A stretch of DNA of 63,815 nucleotides, filler included, from Intoshia linei (Eukaryota; Animalia; Orthonectida): NCBI GenBank assembly GCA_001642005.1. It is 4 parts of 4 records of this genome, joined end to end, with 100 filler letters (N's around TTAATTAATTAA, not from the genome) between each part and the next. Parts side by side here need not be neighbours in the genome. Positions count along the whole stretch, not along the records: positions 8,623 to 30,023 come from LWCA01000648.1; positions 30,124 to 59,914 come from LWCA01000380.1; 2 more parts are not named here. One strand, written 5' to 3'. A model generated the notes under the pieces. It did not search any database and was not told the origin of the DNA. It was given only the letters and a program-made list of their open reading frames with translations. Of this stretch, positions 12,000-31,054 are shown piece after piece (positions within the stretch are counted from its first letter, which is position 1; each line of letters begins with the position of its first letter). The translations under genes were made by a program, and so were the position numbers.

Positions 12000-13349
12000 G
12001 TGTGGACCAATGGGGGTCCATATGGACCCCGTTTTATAAAAATTGCATGCTTTAAGTGTGTTGTATCTATCATAAATCAGAATATTTGTATATATTATAA
12101 TTTAGTATTACATATTGATTCGAACCGACTATTTCAATTTTCGTTATCTGGAAGACCACCATCAAATACTCATTTTAATGATTTTCTAAAGTATTATCTA
12201 TTTGCTGTGTCTTATATATGGCAAGGATCGTGGTTGCTTTATGGTTTATACGATTTCGTCAGAAATTGTACGATACGTTATAATTCTGATAAAACAATCT
12301 ATCCTTATAAAGACAATGTCTTTAGTTTGGTAAAATACTTTCAATATAAATTACGTCTAAATTCCTATTTACAACAAGAAAATAAAAAAAAAATTTGGAA
12401 TACACAAAGACAGGTGGAAAATAATTATTTTTTAGAAAAAATAAACGATGATAAACCATCGACTTATATATACAGTAAAATTTACCAAAATATGAAATAC
12501 CTACATAATCTAACTACATTTAATAAAAATTGTAAAAAACTAAATAATTACATGTGTTTAAGCATGGGAAATTTGCAATACAGTAATATTTCCCTAATAA
12601 AAAAAATGGATAGTAAAAAATCAAAATCTTTTGAAAATACAATAGATTTCGGTAATGAATGTCCATTAAATAAAAGCACATCAAAATCAATCAAATTATT
12701 GCGAAACTTAAAATTTGAGTCGAATAAAGACAATAAGACGGAACATGCCCTAGCGATACCTACATTTTTGTACATCATTTTTGCATTCTCTTTAGCTAGC
12801 AATATTTCTTGGTTGCTCATTTGGCAACAAAATAATATCATTGTAGCATTAATATTTGTCAACATTATGGACGCCACACTTTACGCTACGTTGATTGTAA
12901 GTGTAAATCACTTGAAATGTGTAATGACGCAATTAAATATCGAAATTTGGATGTTTCGATTATTTTTGCAAAACGGATTGGCTTTTTATGCTACTGTTGG
13001 TTCGGTTGCAGCTTTGTATATTTTTTCAAATACCATGTCAAATGGACCGTATGAAGAAGAAGAAATAATCAACTCTTCAGATATTTCAGCTACAATAATA
13101 TTTTGCATTAATGCTGTAGGGTGGTGGATTGTTGATACGTTTATATATCTTAATGAGTTGCGATACATTTATACACCTTACTTTGTTTACATTATTACTC
13201 TATTCTATTTATTAATCGTTGAATACCATGTTGAATTGAATTATCACAAAATTATGGTCATTATTCTTTTAATCATTGTTACTTCAATGTTTATTTTGAA
13301 AATTGTATTCTTGTGTTTTCATGTTTATGTTAAAAAATTCAAAATTTGA
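12000..13349 (+). CDS. Multi-pass membrane protein of an uncharacterised metazoan family; true 5' end uncertain
   Basis: 449-codon ORF with about 7 hydrophobic segments; motifs YIWQ and WMFRLFLQNGLAFYAT; long hydrophilic N/K-rich insert. Confidence 0.7.
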   Translation: MWTNGGPYGPRFIKIACFKCVVSIINQNICIYYNLVLHIDSNRLFQFSLSGRPPSNTHFNDFLKYYLFAVSYIWQGSWLLYGLYDFVRNCTIRYNSDKTIYPYKDNVFSLVKYFQYKLRLNSYLQQENKKKIWNTQRQVENNYFLEKINDDKPSTYIYSKIYQNMKYLHNLTTFNKNCKKLNNYMCLSMGNLQYSNISLIKKMDSKKSKSFENTIDFGNECPLNKSTSKSIKLLRNLKFESNKDNKTEHALAIPTFLYIIFAFSLASNISWLLIWQQNNIIVALIFVNIMDATLYATLIVSVNHLKCVMTQLNIEIWMFRLFLQNGLAFYATVGSVAALYIFSNTMSNGPYEEEEIINSSDISATIIFCINAVGWWIVDTFIYLNELRYIYTPYFVYIITLFYLLIVEYHVELNYHKIMVIILLIIVTSMFILKIVFLCFHVYVKKFKI

Positions 13350-14567
13350 AATGTTACATCAACTATTATTTAATTGTTTAAATTGTATTTATATAATAAT
13401 AAATTGTTATACCGTTTTCATATTTATACCTGATTTTATAAAAAAAACATTACATTATAATTCTGAATATCTCAATTTATATAAAATTTTTTGTTGTGTT
13501 TTTTTATCGTAATTTTTTGGTATTAAGATTTTAAAGAGGATTTGAGGGATCTTTTTTATACGTATTTGAAAAAGGATTACACTTTTTTAATTTTGTTTGT
13601 TACGTCTTATTAACGAAACTAAGATGTGTAAATTTTTAAAAACACTAATTTCTAATATGATTTTTCAATAATCAAATTTCAAAAATTTAGTGAATAGTAG
13701 CATTTTTATGTAATATTTTATTTTTGGTAGAATTAGAAAAGTCCGCCCTCGGTAGAGCTATGTGTTGATTGTACGAAGTACAAAAAAGCCAAGCTAGTAA
13801 ATATATAAAATATGAATGAATATAAAAATGATATTTATACAGAATTTTTTTGCGGTCAAATAAATTTTTAATATCATAAATTTCAAAAACACACAGCTTC
13901 ATGGTGAAAACCATCAAGATACTTATTTTAAAAAATTATAAAAAACTAATAGTTCCAGAATTTAAAATAGACATTTAATACAACTTTTTCCAGTTAAAAT
14001 ATATACAGTGGCATCCGCTTATACGCTACACCGGTTATAAGGGACAAAAATCAGCTTATAGTGGACAGGCAGACACCCCCTTGAAATTATATCTACTTGC
14101 AGAATTTAAAAAAAATCATAGCTAATTTTTTTTTCAATTATCATTTAATATAAAATTTAAATCTACGATATTAGTGCCAAAATTTCTTAACTTTATCATA
14201 AAATTAATTGTAGGTGATACGTGAAATTTTTAATCAATGGAAGATAAGTGGAGAATCTGATATAAGAATAATTTAATTCTAAAAAATAATTGATTCGGTT
14301 GAGTATAAAAATTAGTATCGCAGATTAATTTGATGCAAATAATGTTTGTTAATTCACAATTAGTTAAATCCTAATTGAATAAAACAAGAAAAATATCACT
14401 TTGTCAACGGTGCAAGTGTTAATTAGTGTTATATGACTCATGCATTAATTTCTAATAAATTTCATTGGTGATAAACTGATAATATCCGTTGGATATAGTT
14501 CATAAATCAATACATATACGTTTAAAATAACGGTTTCGTATTTAAATAATCGATATATTACGTTTAT

Positions 14568-15920
14568 TTAAATGTACAAAGGTTTACGAGAAATTCTCTT
14601 GGCTCGTTCTTCTGCGATGGAAATTTTAACACCTTTTCCTCTTGGCAAGCTAACCCATGAGTTACCGTCTGTACCAATAATGAAAACATTCGATAGTCTA
14701 TTTAAATAAAATAATGTAAAATATATACATAAAAATCGTTTACCTCGTAGCAAATGTAACACCGCTAGTATCTTTCAAGTGTACAATATCAAATGATCCA
14801 GGGTGTTTTTCTCTGTTAACAACAACACCAACACGACCTATATTGTGTCCACCAGTAATGAGTGCCATTTGACCGTTTTCAAATTTAAGAAAATCCAAAG
14901 GTCTACTAGTCTCCAATTCAAACCTAATTGAATCGTGTGTTTTAACACCAGGATCAACGTAAGGAATGGTTCTACCGTCGTGAGTGATACAATACGGCAC
15001 ACCTTTATGACCAACTCCAACTTTCTTAACACGGCAAAGTTTATACTAAAAAATTAATAAAAAGTAAAATTAAATTTACCTTGGCTTCATCATTAGAAAT
15101 ACGATGCAAAGTGAATCGACCTTTTACGTCATATATTAATCGAAAATTTTCATTACATTTGTCGATTGTTAAAACGTCTAAATGTAAAAATTAGTCCAAT
15201 TTAAAAAAGTGTAGTTAAATTAATTAAAAAATCAATATAAAAATTAGTATATGGCTAGTTTGAATATTAAATAAACTAACGTCTTTGAAATGTACAAAAC
15301 AAGAAAAAATCTTAAAAAAATAAAGTGTAGATAAAGTAATTAAAAAATTAATAGAACAATTAGTATAGGACAATTTTGAACATTGAACAGATCCAACATC
15401 TTCGAAATGTACAAATTAATACATAAAAAATAAAGTGTAGTTAAATTAATTAAAAAATTAATAAAACAATTAGTATAGGACAATTTTGAACATTGAACAT
15501 ATTCAACGTCTTCGAAATGTACAAATTTTCAAATTAAATTTTTAACATTAATAATATACCCATAACTCCAACGGGAAAAGTTTTATCAGTTCTAATTTTT
15601 CCATCAATTTTAATTAACCTTCTCTTGACAATAGAAATGACTTCATTATACGTTTGAGCATACTTCAATCTGTTTCGAATTAAAATTGCTAATGGTAAGC
15701 ATTCTCTCTTTTTATGAGGTCCAGGACTAGGTTTAGGAGCCTAATTAAATTTTAAAAAATTCATATTAAAATTTTACAAATTTTCCTGATCTTTTGTCTA
15801 ACATCCATTTTTTTGGAACGTTTAGTCGTTTTAAATGTTTCTTGCAACCTCTACCCTATAAAAATCCATAATTATGAATTAGACATATTTTATTCTAAAT
15901 AAAATAAAAAAGCATACCAT
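14568..15920 (-). CDS. RPS4: 40S ribosomal protein S4 (eS4), 6 exons: 15918-15920, 15778-15855, 15560-15740, 15080-15177, 14744-15045, 14568-14697
   Basis: Spliced translation [22 protein letters not shown]...[17 protein letters not shown]...[11 protein letters not shown]...HPGSFDIVH...SLPRGKGVK; all introns GT-AG. Confidence 0.97.
15207..15295 (-). ncRNA. Intronic H/ACA snoRNA copy 3 (diverged)
   Basis: Same layout as copies 1-2 with H box ATACTA and ACA+3; substitutions in the guide pocket. Confidence 0.55.
15323..15412 (-). ncRNA. Intronic H/ACA snoRNA copy 2 (SNORA16/snR46-like guide)
   Basis: Hairpin ATGTTGGA/TTCAATGT, pocket TTCGAAG + TCAAAA, H box ATACTA, second hairpin, ACA-CTT. Confidence 0.7.
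15433..15522 (-). ncRNA. Intronic H/ACA snoRNA copy 1 (SNORA16/snR46-like guide)
   Basis: Hairpin ACGTTGAA/TTCAATGT; pocket complementary to LSU rRNA UUUUGA-UN-CUUCGA; H box 13 nt from the base of the upper stem; ACA 3 nt from the predicted end. Confidence 0.72.
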
Positions 15921-16136
15921 TTTCACGATAATATATTAGTATAAATTGAGTTTTATTTTTTGCCAAATTTAAGTTTATTGTTACAAATAATATTTTATAT
16001 AAATAAATTTATTACAGAATCAATTTGAATCAATTTCAGTTGTAGATTAAATTTTACAGTTTAATATTTAAATACGATGCACATTAACGAAAGGTTTTAT
16101 TTCGATAATGTGAAAATTTAATTTTTGTTAAAAACA
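15921..16136. promoter_or_regulatory. Probable bidirectional promoter between RPS4 and NKAP-like
   Basis: Divergent ATGs only ~216 bp apart. Confidence 0.55.
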
Positions 16137-16922
<786 letters not shown>

Positions 16923-17218
16923 ATTATCTTGATATTTTGTATATATAAACCTACAATCTTATATGTATATCGTCATTTCTCAGTTTTAGAGGGTCTAAAT
17001 TGCTGGTTCCATGCGCCGAAACAATTTTAATATTTTTTACATTTTCCATTTTACAAAAAAAAAATATTTTTATCCAAAGAGGTATCGGGTACATTAGGTT
17101 TGGCGCTGTAGACAAACAAACTTACATTTGGGGCTAATTTAAGATACTAAACAAACATCGTTTGTATATTATTGTAAGTGAGGATTAGTTTATATATAAC
17201 TTTATTTTGTTAACTGTT

Positions 17219-20200
17219 ATGGACGAAAATAATAATTTATGTTTGATCAAACCCTGTCGATACTATGATGCTGAATATTCTGAATGTAAAAGTAATATTA
17301 ATTAAAGTAAACCTAATAAGAAATGTAGCATTTAAATTTTTTAGAATAATGAAATTTAGAACCATCTTCGTAATTTACAATTAGACATGGTAGTGTTTCT
17401 CAGCCAGCTCACTCCACAATTATATAATTGGACCCATTTAAGAATTTATATAAAAAAATATTAATGACAATACTTGGATTCCCTTGGCAGTGTTTTTCCA
17501 TCTTTTTTCTATTGGGTGGACTTGGAAGCAATTAAAAACATTTGGCACACTAGTATATAACAAAATAGTAAAAGTTATATATTTGTTTGGTGCATACTGA
17601 AAATCTTTACTATAGTTTAACATTTTGCAAGGAAAAGCTACAAATTAAGAAAAAAAGTTGTTTTGATATGAAAAACTGATTAAATTGTAGAGCTCGTTTT
17701 CAATTTTTCGCTTGCCACACATAAAATGTCCTAGAGCGCACCGTTTTGAGAAACATTGTCTTAAGGGTATAGGATCTTGGTATTTCTAAATATCATTTGA
17801 TCAAATCAATAGAAAAATGTAATTATCTACAAAATGTACAAAAATTTGAATTTGCTTCTATGAATTTAAATGTACTAGTAATGGTATTCGAAAATCGATA
17901 CAAAAAATCTCAAAATTGTATTTTTCGGGTTGATTGGAATTTGTTATTTTACATTTTATTTTTGGAATTCATTTCTCGTCTTTTATTTCGCTAAAATCAT
18001 ATCATTCCCAACTTTGTCGAACTTTTACAAATTAACATAGTACATGTACTATCTTGTAACAGCTGACTTTAGTCTTATCTTTAATTATACATACATTAGT
18101 TTTGCAATAAAATAATATCAATGTCACATAAATAATTAAAAATGGAGTGAAAAATATTGCATCCAAAACAATTATGTTTTAATTTTTGTAATCAATATTC
18201 TCTTAACTAATATAATTTATTAGGCATCAACGGTAAATTTATGCATGAATACATTTATGGACAAAGAACATACAAATGTAGCATATTTTTGAATTTTTAT
18301 AAACAATGCATCAAATTTCAACAAACTAAAAACGAACAAGATGCAACAGGTATTTAAATTTGTAGAGTGATACTTTTACATCTTGTGGAAAATTTTTTTA
18401 AATTAAAAAATTAAATCATTTTTTTAAGTCAAAAAATTAAATTTGAATACTACATTGTATCACGCATTTTGTAATTATGTTTAATCTTGCAATCTTTTTT
18501 GTACATTTTGACAATTATGTATTGATAACCATCATTTATTTCTGTCTTATATTGACAGTACAGTATTGTAGTAAAAAGTAATGTTTGATTTTATTAAAAT
18601 CTAGTTATTAGTTCGAACAGTTATACATTGTGGTTAAATTTAAACGTTTTTCAATGTATTTATATTTATCCCAATTATTTGTATTTTTTTAAATCAATTT
18701 TATATCAATAATTAACGGAATCAGCACTTTAGAAACATATTTCAGATGAATTCTATAACATTGCAAAACATTGGGGGTCTTACTAAATTAATTAATTCAG
18801 TGAATTACAATGAATTACAGTAAATCTTAGTGAATCACAGTAAAAATTTTTCTGAATCAGTCATTTTGGCATTTCAGTCATTATGAAAATTTTTCTTTTA
18901 TTTTAAATTTTTTCAATATTTATCATTCAAAAATCCAATTTTCCTTTGATATTGTTCAATTTCATTACTGAATATTAATAATACTTGATAATATATTAAA
19001 AAAATTTTTTTACCCGGAATATGTAGATTTTATAGGTTAAAATTTTGTATTTATATGTATAAATCAACTGGAATAATCTGTATCAGAAAACTCTTTTTTT
19101 TTTTTTAATTGTACGACCGTTAATTATTTCAAATTTTTTGTTTTAATAAAATTGTTTCGAAATAAAAAAAAATGAATATTAAAGTGCTTTTTTGACCATG
19201 AAGGAGTCGCTTATTCAGATTGAAATTTTTTGTGTGGGTTAACAGGATACAACTGTACCATCTGTAAATTTTTTAAATTCTAGGACTGTTTTTATTTTAA
19301 AAAAAAAATGTAATCTGGGTTTTTGACCGTGAAAATTACCTTTTTTCAGGTTACTATTTATGACAATGCTTATGAACAGGGCTGTATTGAATTTCTGATG
19401 TCAGCGACGTTGGCTGGTAACAGCAACAGCGGCTGCTGTACCGGTATAGCAAGGCTGTTTTTCCAGCATAAAATTTCATATATTACATTGAATTTTAGCA
19501 GATGTAAAATGAAAATATCACTAAAACCTTGTCAACCGTTTATTGTCTATACAAGAAGCGATAAGATTTAGAAAAAAATTTCTATGAAATATACGTGAAA
19601 TTTGCTAATTAACAATTATTCATTTATAAAAAAATCATAGGTTCATTAATAAGTTTTAATTGTATGTACTTAAATTTTTTTTTAGTAAATAATATGTCGT
19701 TAATCAAATGAAAATCTAGGAATAATACGCAATTTAAAACAATTTTGGGTTTACCCCTCAAACATTAGTATAAGTAATTTTTTATTAAATTAATTCTATT
19801 TTTCAAAATGTGTCATCACTTTGTAAGTTTTTTTTCTTTGGCAGACAAAAATAAATTAAATATTAACATTATATATATTCTTCCATATATCTTATATATA
19901 AAGAATCATACAATGTTGATTCAAATGGGCTGTTTCTAACATTTGAGTGAATATTTCTGTGTTGTGAAAAACATCTTTCTATAGCCGCTTAACTGAATAC
20001 ATATATTTTAGTTTTATTTTGCATAGATTACATATTCACAATTTATTTTTTCAAAGTAATTTAACAAACATTTTGAAACTTGAACGATATATATTCACTT
20101 TAAATTAAACAGATTTATAACAAAATCAAATTCTAAAATAAACGATTTTGATTGTAAAATATTGCTGTACTTTTTGCTGCATGCAACACAGCAATGCTTT

Positions 20201-21433
20201 GTTGGAAAAATGTACAGCACTTGCTGTATGGACAGCAAAATACAACATTGCTGTTACCACCCCTGCTTATGAATTTAAAAACCATTCCAGAATTTATGTT
20301 GTATAAAATTCTAAGACTTTCTTAATTTTTAGAAAAAAGAGTAATTTGGTGTTTTGGCTGTGAAGATATAAGATTTTAAAAATTATCATAATATTGATGA
20401 ATTAAAAAAATTTATTACAATGTATATTTTTTTATAATTCTAGGACGGATTTAAATTTAAGAACAAATTATATTATATTTTATCCTTGAAGAACTTAATT
20501 TGAAGTTAAAATTTACGATAAAACGTCCCTCGAAAAACTATTATAAGAATATGGAACTTGTAAAACTTGACTCCCCTTACGTTCTTAAATAAAATTGAAC
20601 AAATAAACAGAAATACATTTTAGAACCATTTTACTTTATATAAGTAAGGATTAATTACAGAGTAAAATTGTTTATCTACATTAATGTAATTAAATTAAAT
20701 TAAAATAACATATTAATGTCAAGATTATGGTATCATAAAATATAGTGACATATAAATAATCCCTATTCGATATCTAGTCAGTAGTATAGTAGAATTTTTA
20801 AAATAGAGAGAATCGACTGTATCAGTTTTAAAGTTATAAAAATAATAATTTAATTAAATTTTCATAATTTTGATATTTTCTAATTTTTGGATTATTAAAC
20901 TCAATTGTAGTACAAATGATCCCATTGATATTGTTTGATTTAGTCTTATTAACTCAACGTGACATTATGCAGGGAAATTTCTAATAAAACTCTTTAAAAA
21001 TGGAATGTATTAGTAAATGTCCCAATGGGTTAAAATTAATTAGCAATAAGTCAACTGAAAGATGTTTTTAGAGATTAGAAATATGGCATGATTAAGTGCA
21101 TTCATTCAAACATAAACATCGCCCCAGGATATACGTACAATATCAGTCCCAGTTTACGCAATTTACTGTTTTTCACTATTATTGAATAATTATAATATTT
21201 TTGGGTTTAAATAAATATTAACCCTTCTTCAAAATCTAATCTTTCTCTGGCGTTATTAATTTTTTTAAAATTTTGTAAAAACCTTGTGCTATTTTTACTC
21301 ATTATTACAGAATAGAATACAATACAATTAATTTATTGTTAAAGATAATTTAGATTTACTAGAATTTGAAAAGAAAAACTTACAACAGAGACTGGCATCA
21401 ATCAAAAACAACAATGTATGGCAATACACATAA
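17219..21433 (+). CDS. C22orf39: UPF0545/C22orf39 (PANTS)-like protein, 3 exons: 17219-17291, 18224-18349, 21354-21433
   Basis: Phase-consistent spliced translation: KPCRYYDAEYSECKSINGKFMHEYIYGQRTYKCSIF...YKQC...DLLEFEKKNLQQRLASIKNNNVWQ. Confidence 0.75.
18990..20650 (-). mobile_element. Helitron-like repeat copy split by a hAT insertion
   Basis: Family sequence resumes after the TSD; ends TATATAAGTAAGGA|T at ~20650. Confidence 0.6.
19377..20265. mobile_element. Non-autonomous hAT element with 8-bp TSD CTTATGAA
   Basis: CAGGG...CCCTG termini; perfect TSD at 19369-19376 and 20266-20273; many subterminal ACAGC/GCTGT motifs. Confidence 0.85.
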
Positions 21434-21821
21434 GTTTACATTTTTAATACACTTGAAACATGAAACCTAATATGTTTATCCTAGGAAGACTATTAAATTA
21501 TTAAACCATTTGTAAACTGACTAATGTGGTAAATTCCATTGTAACCTTATAAAACAAAAGATTAAATTGCCATTGACTGACAAAATTAATTTCTGTGTAT
21601 TTAGCATCGTAATTTAATATTTAAAGGTCATAGAAACGTTGATTTCAATTGTTTATAAATCAACTAAAACTAAAACTCAATAAAGTCCAATGTTACATTT
21701 AAAGATCTCATTTCGCGCTTTTTTGTCAATAATTGAAAAATAATTAATAAATTAATTTGCAAATGTTAACTAATAATCTACTTACTAAAACTACATTACA
21801 CTGCTTGTAAAACTGGAACAA

Positions 21822-27146
<5,325 letters not shown>

Positions 27147-27202
27147 TTGTATATTTTATCTAATAAATGTACATTGCGTAGTTTTTATTTTATCATATAT
27201 AA

Positions 27203-28344
<1,142 letters not shown>

Positions 28345-29470
28345 GAAGTAAAGTGATAATTAAGAATGCAAAAAGTTCATAATGTATTGGAATTATCGAC
28401 AAATAGTAAAATTAACATTTGTATCAAAAAAGTAGTCGAGGAAACTACTTTTATCAATGTTACTTTCGTTGTGATATATGCTCCAATTTATTTAAAATGG
28501 TTGCTATTATTATTTTACAGGTCATAATTGTTTGAATTAAACTTCTCTTTTAAGAAATGAGATTATCATTTAGTATATTTCAATAATTTAAAAAAACGTT
28601 GAATTTTGGTCTACGATGAGTGCGTCAAGAATAGTTAATAATTTATCAAATAATGTATCGAAAATCAATTAATTAACCCAATTATTATAATCAATATTCT
28701 AAATAGGATGCAATGCAAACCTACAATCATAATTATAATACAAAATTTTTAATTTTCATTAATTCTCTTTCAGTTTAATTTTAATTGAGTCAGACATGTC
28801 GTTAGTGAGGAAAGCTCACTAAGCATTATTAAAATTATCATTTATATTAGAAATTATGCTCGAGTATATTTTAAAATTATATTTATGCAAAATTTAAACT
28901 ATAAATATATCAGTATTTTTAGCTATTTAATTAATTCAGTTTTTTTTTAAATTTGCAGCTTTTCTTCCCAAAATATAATACTATAATAAAAAGTTTCAAT
29001 AATCATTCAACAAATATAAAGTTTTTATTATTTTCTTTATGCTTTTCAATGTTATTTATTAAGTGCGACTAGGAAAAAAAATAGGTTGAAGAAAACAGAA
29101 GTAGTCCAGAGGTCTCTTAAATTTAAATTTAAAGCAGTGGTTCCCAAAAAAGGTCAATAAATCCTTTGAGTCCAAAACTATATTCCTGGTCTGTGATATT
29201 CAAACCAAAATTGGATGAAAATTAAATGACAAGTGAAAATAACCGATTTGCATCTTTAGGTTACATAATAATAGTGAGATTGGCAAACATAGCAAGAAGT
29301 GTGACACCGCAAAAATGCAATGTTTTATTAATAATGCATTTTTTCATGAATAATTTCATTAAACCACTATTATTTCTCCCGATACCATCAGTATATAAAC
29401 TATCAAAATGCACCATATTTTTAAAATTGAAATGACGCAAAAATATTTTAATAAATATAAATGTAATAAT

Positions 29471-29719
29471 TTAATCGACTTCTTCAATCGTTGGTCCAGA
29501 AGCTCCAGCTCCAGCTGCATCAGACATACCAGCACCATTGGCAGCAGCGCCTCCCATTCCACCGGGCATATTAAAACCTCCAGGCATACCACCGGGCATT
29601 CCTCCTGGCATACCGCCGGGCATTCCACCACCAGCTCCACCATATAATTTGCTAACAATTGGATTATAAATATCTTCCAATGCTTTCTTGTGACGGTCGT
29701 AAACTTCTTTGGTTTCATT
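29471..29719 (-). CDS. HSP70: Last exon of cytosolic HSP70/HSC70; upstream exons presumably in the gap at 30024
   Basis: [12 protein letters not shown] repeats and terminal GPTIEEVD; AG acceptor at 29721-29720. Confidence 0.9.
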   Translation of the reverse strand, partial: NETKEVYDRHKKALEDIYNPIVSKLYGGAGGGMPGGMPGGMPGGMPGGFNMPGGMGGAAANGAGMSDAAGAGASGPTIEEVD

Positions 29720-29837
29720 CTAAAATTCATTATAAATACTTATTATTTTGTGAATATAATCACAAATATATTCTCATCAATAAAAAGTGTGTAAAACATT
29801 GAATTTCATTAGACAGTTAATCAATCACAAAAATAAA

Positions 29838-29909
29838 TCAGACTTCTAATGTGGTATTAACTTTCATAGCAAAAAGCTCAAATTAAACCGCGAAATTATT
29901 AATCATTAC
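29838..29909 (-). ncRNA. U14-like C/D snoRNA, diverged copy
   Basis: Variant box C, domain A ATTTCGCGGTTT, altered domain B, box D CTGA. Confidence 0.55.
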
Positions 29910-29920
29910 AAAAAATTAAA

Positions 29921-29993
29921 TCAGACTTTCAAGGAGGTATTTACCATTCATAGCAAACAGCTCAAATTAAACCGCGAAATGGTTAATCATCAC
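29921..29993 (-). ncRNA. SNORD14: U14 (SNORD14)-like C/D snoRNA
   Basis: GTGATGA box C, CATTTCGCGGTTT (U14 domain A), ACCTCCTTGAAAGT-CTGA (domain B + box D), sense strand in an HSP70 intron. Confidence 0.78.
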
Positions 29994-30023
29994 AAAAATG
30001 TTAAAATTAATAAAAATAAAATA

Positions 30024-30123
30024 NNNNNNNNNNNNNNNNNNNNNNNNNNNNNNNNNNNNNNNNNNNNTTAATTAATTAANNNNNNNNNNNNNNNNNNNNN
30101 NNNNNNNNNNNNNNNNNNNNNNN
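30024..30123. other. Assembly gap
   Basis: N run with TTAATTAATTAA spacer. Confidence 0.97.
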
Positions 30124-31054
30124 TGTTTTTAAAATTCTTTACGCAAATGTTAACAAAAAAAATTAAGATGGAATAATGTATGTATAAAAAATACCCGTAA
30201 TTGTTATAATGTTTGTAATTAATCATAGTGTCCAACCGTTTTTTGGGAACATCAACATCTATTTTAAGAATATGAATATTTGATATATAAATTTTTTAAT
30301 GCAGTATATACACCTAGAACAAGAACCTGTAGGATGTTGACCGTGTCCACCTGGTCCATGAGTCGAGTTAAAAATAGATAAATGGAACAATTTTCATAAT
30401 AATTATATACTGATCCAGAACCTAACCTAATCCGAAGCCACCCGAAAATAAAAAAATAAACCAAAAATTTTTGGAAACAATGTGTAGTATCATATAGCCC
30501 TAGTCATCTCTCCAATAGTCTTATCATGACATTTTAAATTTGGCACACAAAATAGTTGATATTAAAGAATCTCAAGAATATATTTTTTTTAAATGTCACT
30601 TTGGAAAAATAAACTCCAATTTTACAAAAATTTCATTGAACCCGAAGAAAACCGCGGAGTACGGTAGGTTCGGATCTATACAAATTAAAAATATACGTGT
30701 ACGTGTATATGGGTACGATTTTTATATATTTTATACGTATCCAGAAATTTTCCATCGGTATAAAGCTCCAATAAGCCATACAGTCCTAGTTTACGGAATT
30801 ATCGTGTTTTCGAAGAGTAGGAGATATCATTATGCAAATTTATTATTATCAAATGTTACAGGTAGGCGAATATTTTAGTCAATGAACATTCCGGCCATAA
30901 TATACATTTTATATTATAAAAAATATTCCTAATCCGCCGTAACCGTCTTTCATTTTTATAACTTTTATTCGGTACAACTTCATGAATCATGATAATGCCC
31001 GAAATTTCTTTATAAAGCAAAAAAATATTAAACCATAAAGTCTAACGATATGAC

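Noticed and set aside
15200-15525. CRISPR-like or satellite interpretation of the RPS4 intron repeat
   Set aside because: Eukaryotic context, no unique spacers and no cas genes; an H/ACA snoRNA explains it better.
19323-19571. 82-aa ORF with a Cys/Gly-rich centre
   Set aside because: Spans a Helitron/hAT junction; its composition comes from subterminal TE motifs.
28700-28797. Alternative upstream ATG for PDE6D
   Set aside because: In-frame stop before any donor; the ATG at 28344 gives the conserved FKL|NWMN junction.
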